From Caedibacter taeniospiralis (GTDB taxonomy: Bacteria > Pseudomonadota > Gammaproteobacteria > Francisellales > Francisellaceae): a DNA stretch of 32,000 bases. Below are positions 29,286-32,000 of the stretch, piece after piece. Made by a program: the position numbers and the translations under genes. Position 1 is the first letter of the stretch, and each line of letters begins with the position of its first letter. Under the pieces are notes generated by a model that worked only from the letters and a program-made list of their open reading frames with translations, was not told the DNA's origin and ran no database searches. The DNA lies in NCBI RefSeq assembly GCF_002803295.2, contig NZ_PGGB02000010.1:13457-45456 (forward strand), read 5' to 3'.

Positions 29286-30680
29286 CTATCTCGCACAGGA
29301 TATGGGGTTTTTGGACTTTTTATAAAGCCAATAAATTGCCATTGGCAATAGCACCGCGGGCACACCAAAATAAAAAGCAGGTCTTAGTTCTTCGTTGAAA
29401 AACAGCAACAAAAGACAGGCAACTTGCAGCCATATCCCCAGCAATGGCACAAGTGGATAGAAAGGTGTTATAAACTTACCCTTAGGTTCAATCCTATTCT
29501 TCTTACAGTATTTTCTGAAATTGTACTGCGACCAGCAAATAGAAATCCAACACACGGCTCCAGTAAACCCTGAAATGCTCAAAAGGTAAGAAAATGCCGT
29601 ACTTGAGGAAAAGAAATAAGACAAAATTAAAAATATCCAAATGCAAACCAGTGTAAATATAGCCGCAGGCATCGGCACCTGATGGCGATTTAGTCGCGAG
29701 AATATTTTAGGCGCCATCTTTTGTTTGGATAACCCATAAAGCGCACGCACTGTGGCATACATACCACTATTTGCACAGGAAAAAGCAGCAGTTAAGATGA
29801 CAAAAGTAAAGACCCCTGCAACCCAGTGAAAACCATACTGCTGTAGCGCTAAAACAAACACTGACGTGTCACTGTCCATTTTGTTCCAGGGGAAGATTAA
29901 CACCAACAACAAAACGGGAATCAAATAAAGTAACACAATGCGAATGGCAATATTTCGCGAGGCTCTAGGGATTGCCACATCGGTGTCCGTCGACTCAGCT
30001 GCCGCAAGACACACGATTTCTGAACCCTGAAAATTCACCAGCAATATTACCATTAAGCTCATCACCACCAGCTTGCCATGTGGGAAAAAGCCACCATCAG
30101 CCAAAAGGTATTCAGTCCCAATCGTTGGCACTTTTCCACCGCTTTTATAGAGTCCGAAAAAGATAAAAATAGCCAGTACGCTAAACATCACAATTGCCGC
30201 AATTTTGACAATCGCAAGCCAAAACTCCATCTCACCAAAAATGCGCACCCTAGAAATATTGATGAGGGTAATCAGTAAACCAAAGAGCATTGCCCAGGTG
30301 AAAGCAGGAACGCTGGGTATAATATAGTGCATGATCATACCCGCTGCCGTACACTCCGCAGGAATATAAGCGACCCAGTTTAACCAATAGGACCATCCCG
30401 TGCCACATGCCCAGGTTGGTGAAATATAGTCGTTGGCATACTGGATAAAGGAACTTGAGCTTGGCATTGCCACCGTCAACTCACACAGGCAAAGCATCAC
30501 TAAGAAAACAATTAAGCCTCCTAAGGCGTAAGAGATTAAAACGGCAGGTCCTCCTTGAGCTATGATATAACCTGTTCCCAGAAAAAAGGCCGATCCAATA
30601 ATTCCACCTAAAGATATCAACTCAAGATGACGTAATTTAAGGTCTTTTCTCAGTGTTTTTACTTCCGTCATAGGGATCAT
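29286..30680 (-). CDS. APC superfamily amino-acid permease
   Basis: 464 aa hydrophobic protein; LKLRHLELISLGGIIGSAFFLGTG, GTGWSYWLNWVAYIPAECTAAG, C-terminal YPLVPLLGIWLQ. Confidence 0.9.
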   Translation of the reverse strand: MIPMTEVKTLRKDLKLRHLELISLGGIIGSAFFLGTGYIIAQGGPAVLISYALGGLIVFLVMLCLCELTVAMPSSSSFIQYANDYISPTWACGTGWSYWLNWVAYIPAECTAAGMIMHYIIPSVPAFTWAMLFGLLITLINISRVRIFGEMEFWLAIVKIAAIVMFSVLAIFIFFGLYKSGGKVPTIGTEYLLADGGFFPHGKLVVMSLMVILLVNFQGSEIVCLAAAESTDTDVAIPRASRNIAIRIVLLYLIPVLLLVLIFPWNKMDSDTSVFVLALQQYGFHWVAGVFTFVILTAAFSCANSGMYATVRALYGLSKQKMAPKIFSRLNRHQVPMPAAIFTLVCIWIFLILSYFFSSSTAFSYLLSISGFTGAVCWISICWSQYNFRKYCKKNRIEPKGKFITPFYPLVPLLGIWLQVACLLLLFFNEELRPAFYFGVPAVLLPMAIYWLYKKSKNPISCAR

Positions 30681-30791
30681 GCCTTAAGTTTAGAGTGACA
30701 GGAAAAGCGAATATTAGAGCCAATTATTTGGGGGGTCAATGAAAATTTTGACGACAGAAATAAATTTTTTATTCAGTTATTTAATCACCCC

Positions 30792-31457
30792 TTAGCAAGC
30801 TAAGAGCTTTTCACGCATCTGATCAATAATGACCTGGTAATCCTGTGCACCAAAAATTGCGGAGCCCGAGACAAAAGCACGTGCTCCACACTTGGCAATT
30901 GGTTCAATATTATCGACGTTAACACCACCATCAACTTCGAGTAAAATGCCCTCTTTGTGATGCTTGATCCACTGAGAAACTTCACGGATTTTGCCATACA
31001 TCGCAGGAATAAAACTTTGCCCACCGAAGCCTGGATTGACGCCCATTATCAACACGCGATCAAGTTTATCAACAACATGTTCACATACACTCACTGGGGT
31101 TGCTGGATTAAGTACCAAACCTGCTTGAATTCCATAGGATTTAATGAGACTTAGACTCCTATCGACATGTTTTGACGCCTCAGGATGAAACACAATACTG
31201 CTCGCCCCAGCTTCGGCAAACTGCTCAATCATTGCATCCACGGGCTCCACCATTAAGTGCACATCCATACCTGTGTTGATGCCATCCTTGCGTAATGCTT
31301 TTAACAGCATTGCACCGAAGGTAAGGTTAGGCACATAATGATTATCCATCACATCAAAGTGAATGTTATTTGCACCCGCTTTTAGCACTTTTCTGACATC
31401 ATCAGCCAAATAGGCTAAATTCGCCGACAAAATTGAAGGGTTAATTTGAAATTTCAT
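30792..31457 (-). CDS. rpe: Ribulose-phosphate 3-epimerase
   Basis: [74 protein letters not shown]. Likely start at MKFQINPS (31457). Confidence 0.96.
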   Translation of the reverse strand: MKFQINPSILSANLAYLADDVRKVLKAGANNIHFDVMDNHYVPNLTFGAMLLKALRKDGINTGMDVHLMVEPVDAMIEQFAEAGASSIVFHPEASKHVDRSLSLIKSYGIQAGLVLNPATPVSVCEHVVDKLDRVLIMGVNPGFGGQSFIPAMYGKIREVSQWIKHHKEGILLEVDGGVNVDNIEPIAKCGARAFVSGSAIFGAQDYQVIIDQMREKLLAC

Positions 31458-31598
31458 AAAACTACATTCCATACTACAGTGGCTGAATGATGGCTAATTG
31501 TATCTCAAAGCATGCTAAATTTCTTAGTAGGGGTGAAAAATATTTCGCCCCTACTTACATTGTGTTTTAACTACTATTTTTCGGCTCTGACTATCTTT

Positions 31599-31825
31599 CC
31601 GCCCACCGTTACCCTGCGCGAAGTCGTTAGGGTTATTTGAAAGCTGGATTCCCGCCTTCGCGGGAATGACCGTGTCTCTTTTGTTTGGGCGGAAATTTTG
31701 TCTAAGCCTATTTTCGGTGCTGACAATAATATCTTTGCCCATGATGGCGTATTGCATACCTTTGCAAAACTGGGCGGACATTCTGTCCAAGCCCATTGGT
31801 CATGACCATGTTCCCGCCTATTTTC
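31599..31825. repeat. Modular intergenic repeat (second family), long copy
   Basis: CCGCCCACCGTTACCCTGCGCGAAG...GAAAGCTGGATTCCCGCCTTCGCGGGAATGAC...GGGCGGAAATTTTGTCTAAGCC...TTGCCCATGATGGCGTATTGCATACC...CTGGGCGGACATTCTGTCCAAGCCCATTGGTCATGACCATGTTCCCGCC; hairpin ATTCCCGC-CTTC-GCGGGAAT at 31648-31667. Confidence 0.75.
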
Positions 31826-31916
31826 AAAAAATAGCCCTGGTGCCTAATGACTCGAGTAGTTTTGGTCTTAGCAAACTGGTATACTTTTGCCATCTTAAAT
31901 TGCCTGAATCGATCGT

Positions 31917-32000
31917 ATGCAAAAACTTCCCATTGGTATTTCTGGTTTAGAGAAAATCATCACAGGTGACTATATTTACGTCGATAAAACCAGACATGTT
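31917..32000 (+). CDS. N-terminus of an AAA-ATPase-like / PD-(D/E)XK family protein (truncated at window edge)
   Basis: MQKLPIGISGLEKIITGDYIYVDKTRHV..., matching the LPIGI..FE.(L/I)......YVDKT start typical of PF09820 AAA-ATPase-like proteins; good TATACT -10-like box upstream. Confidence 0.7.
   Translation, partial: MQKLPIGISGLEKIITGDYIYVDKTRHV

Noticed and set aside
31551-31796. 81-aa minus-strand ORF containing VIPAKAGIQ
   Set aside because: Generated by the intergenic repeat; the VIPAKAGIQ string is a known artefact of the GGCGGGAAT-type repeat.

Overview
The window is a compact, mostly housekeeping stretch of a gammaproteobacterial chromosome, moderately AT-rich and possibly host-associated (Legionellales-like is inference only). 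I support these features: dnaG (truncated at the left edge), yqeY-like, rpsU, tsaE, a large AddA/RecB-like UvrD helicase-nuclease, a small unlisted 56-aa ORF, rsmB, suhB, trmJ-rnhB-pheS-pheT followed by a HEPN/MNT-type pair, a PAP2 phosphatase, ychF, pth, apt-mutY, a frameshifted GH57 glycosidase, glgC, a NUDIX hydrolase, trxA-rho-gshA, biosynthetic arginine decarboxylase, an amino-acid permease, rpe, and the start of an AAA-ATPase-like (PF09820-type) gene cut by the right edge. No tRNA, rRNA, CRISPR array or complete transposase was seen. The most interesting signal is a family of nested palindromic, MITE-like elements. All copies share an inner CTACCCC...GGGGTAG palindrome, enclosed by outer terminal inverted repeats. 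One copy, between pheS and pheT, is bounded by a perfect 10-bp direct repeat that looks like a target-site duplication. Another copy lies inside the helicase-nuclease ORF without breaking it, so it appears to be translated, reminiscent of Rickettsia palindromic elements. A second modular repeat family (GCGTATTGCATACGCCC and ATTCCCGCCTTCGCGGGAAT modules) occupies several intergenic regions and supplies spurious N-terminal ORF extensions. A decayed copy of the AAA-ATPase-like gene start, including its upstream region, lies just after mutY.
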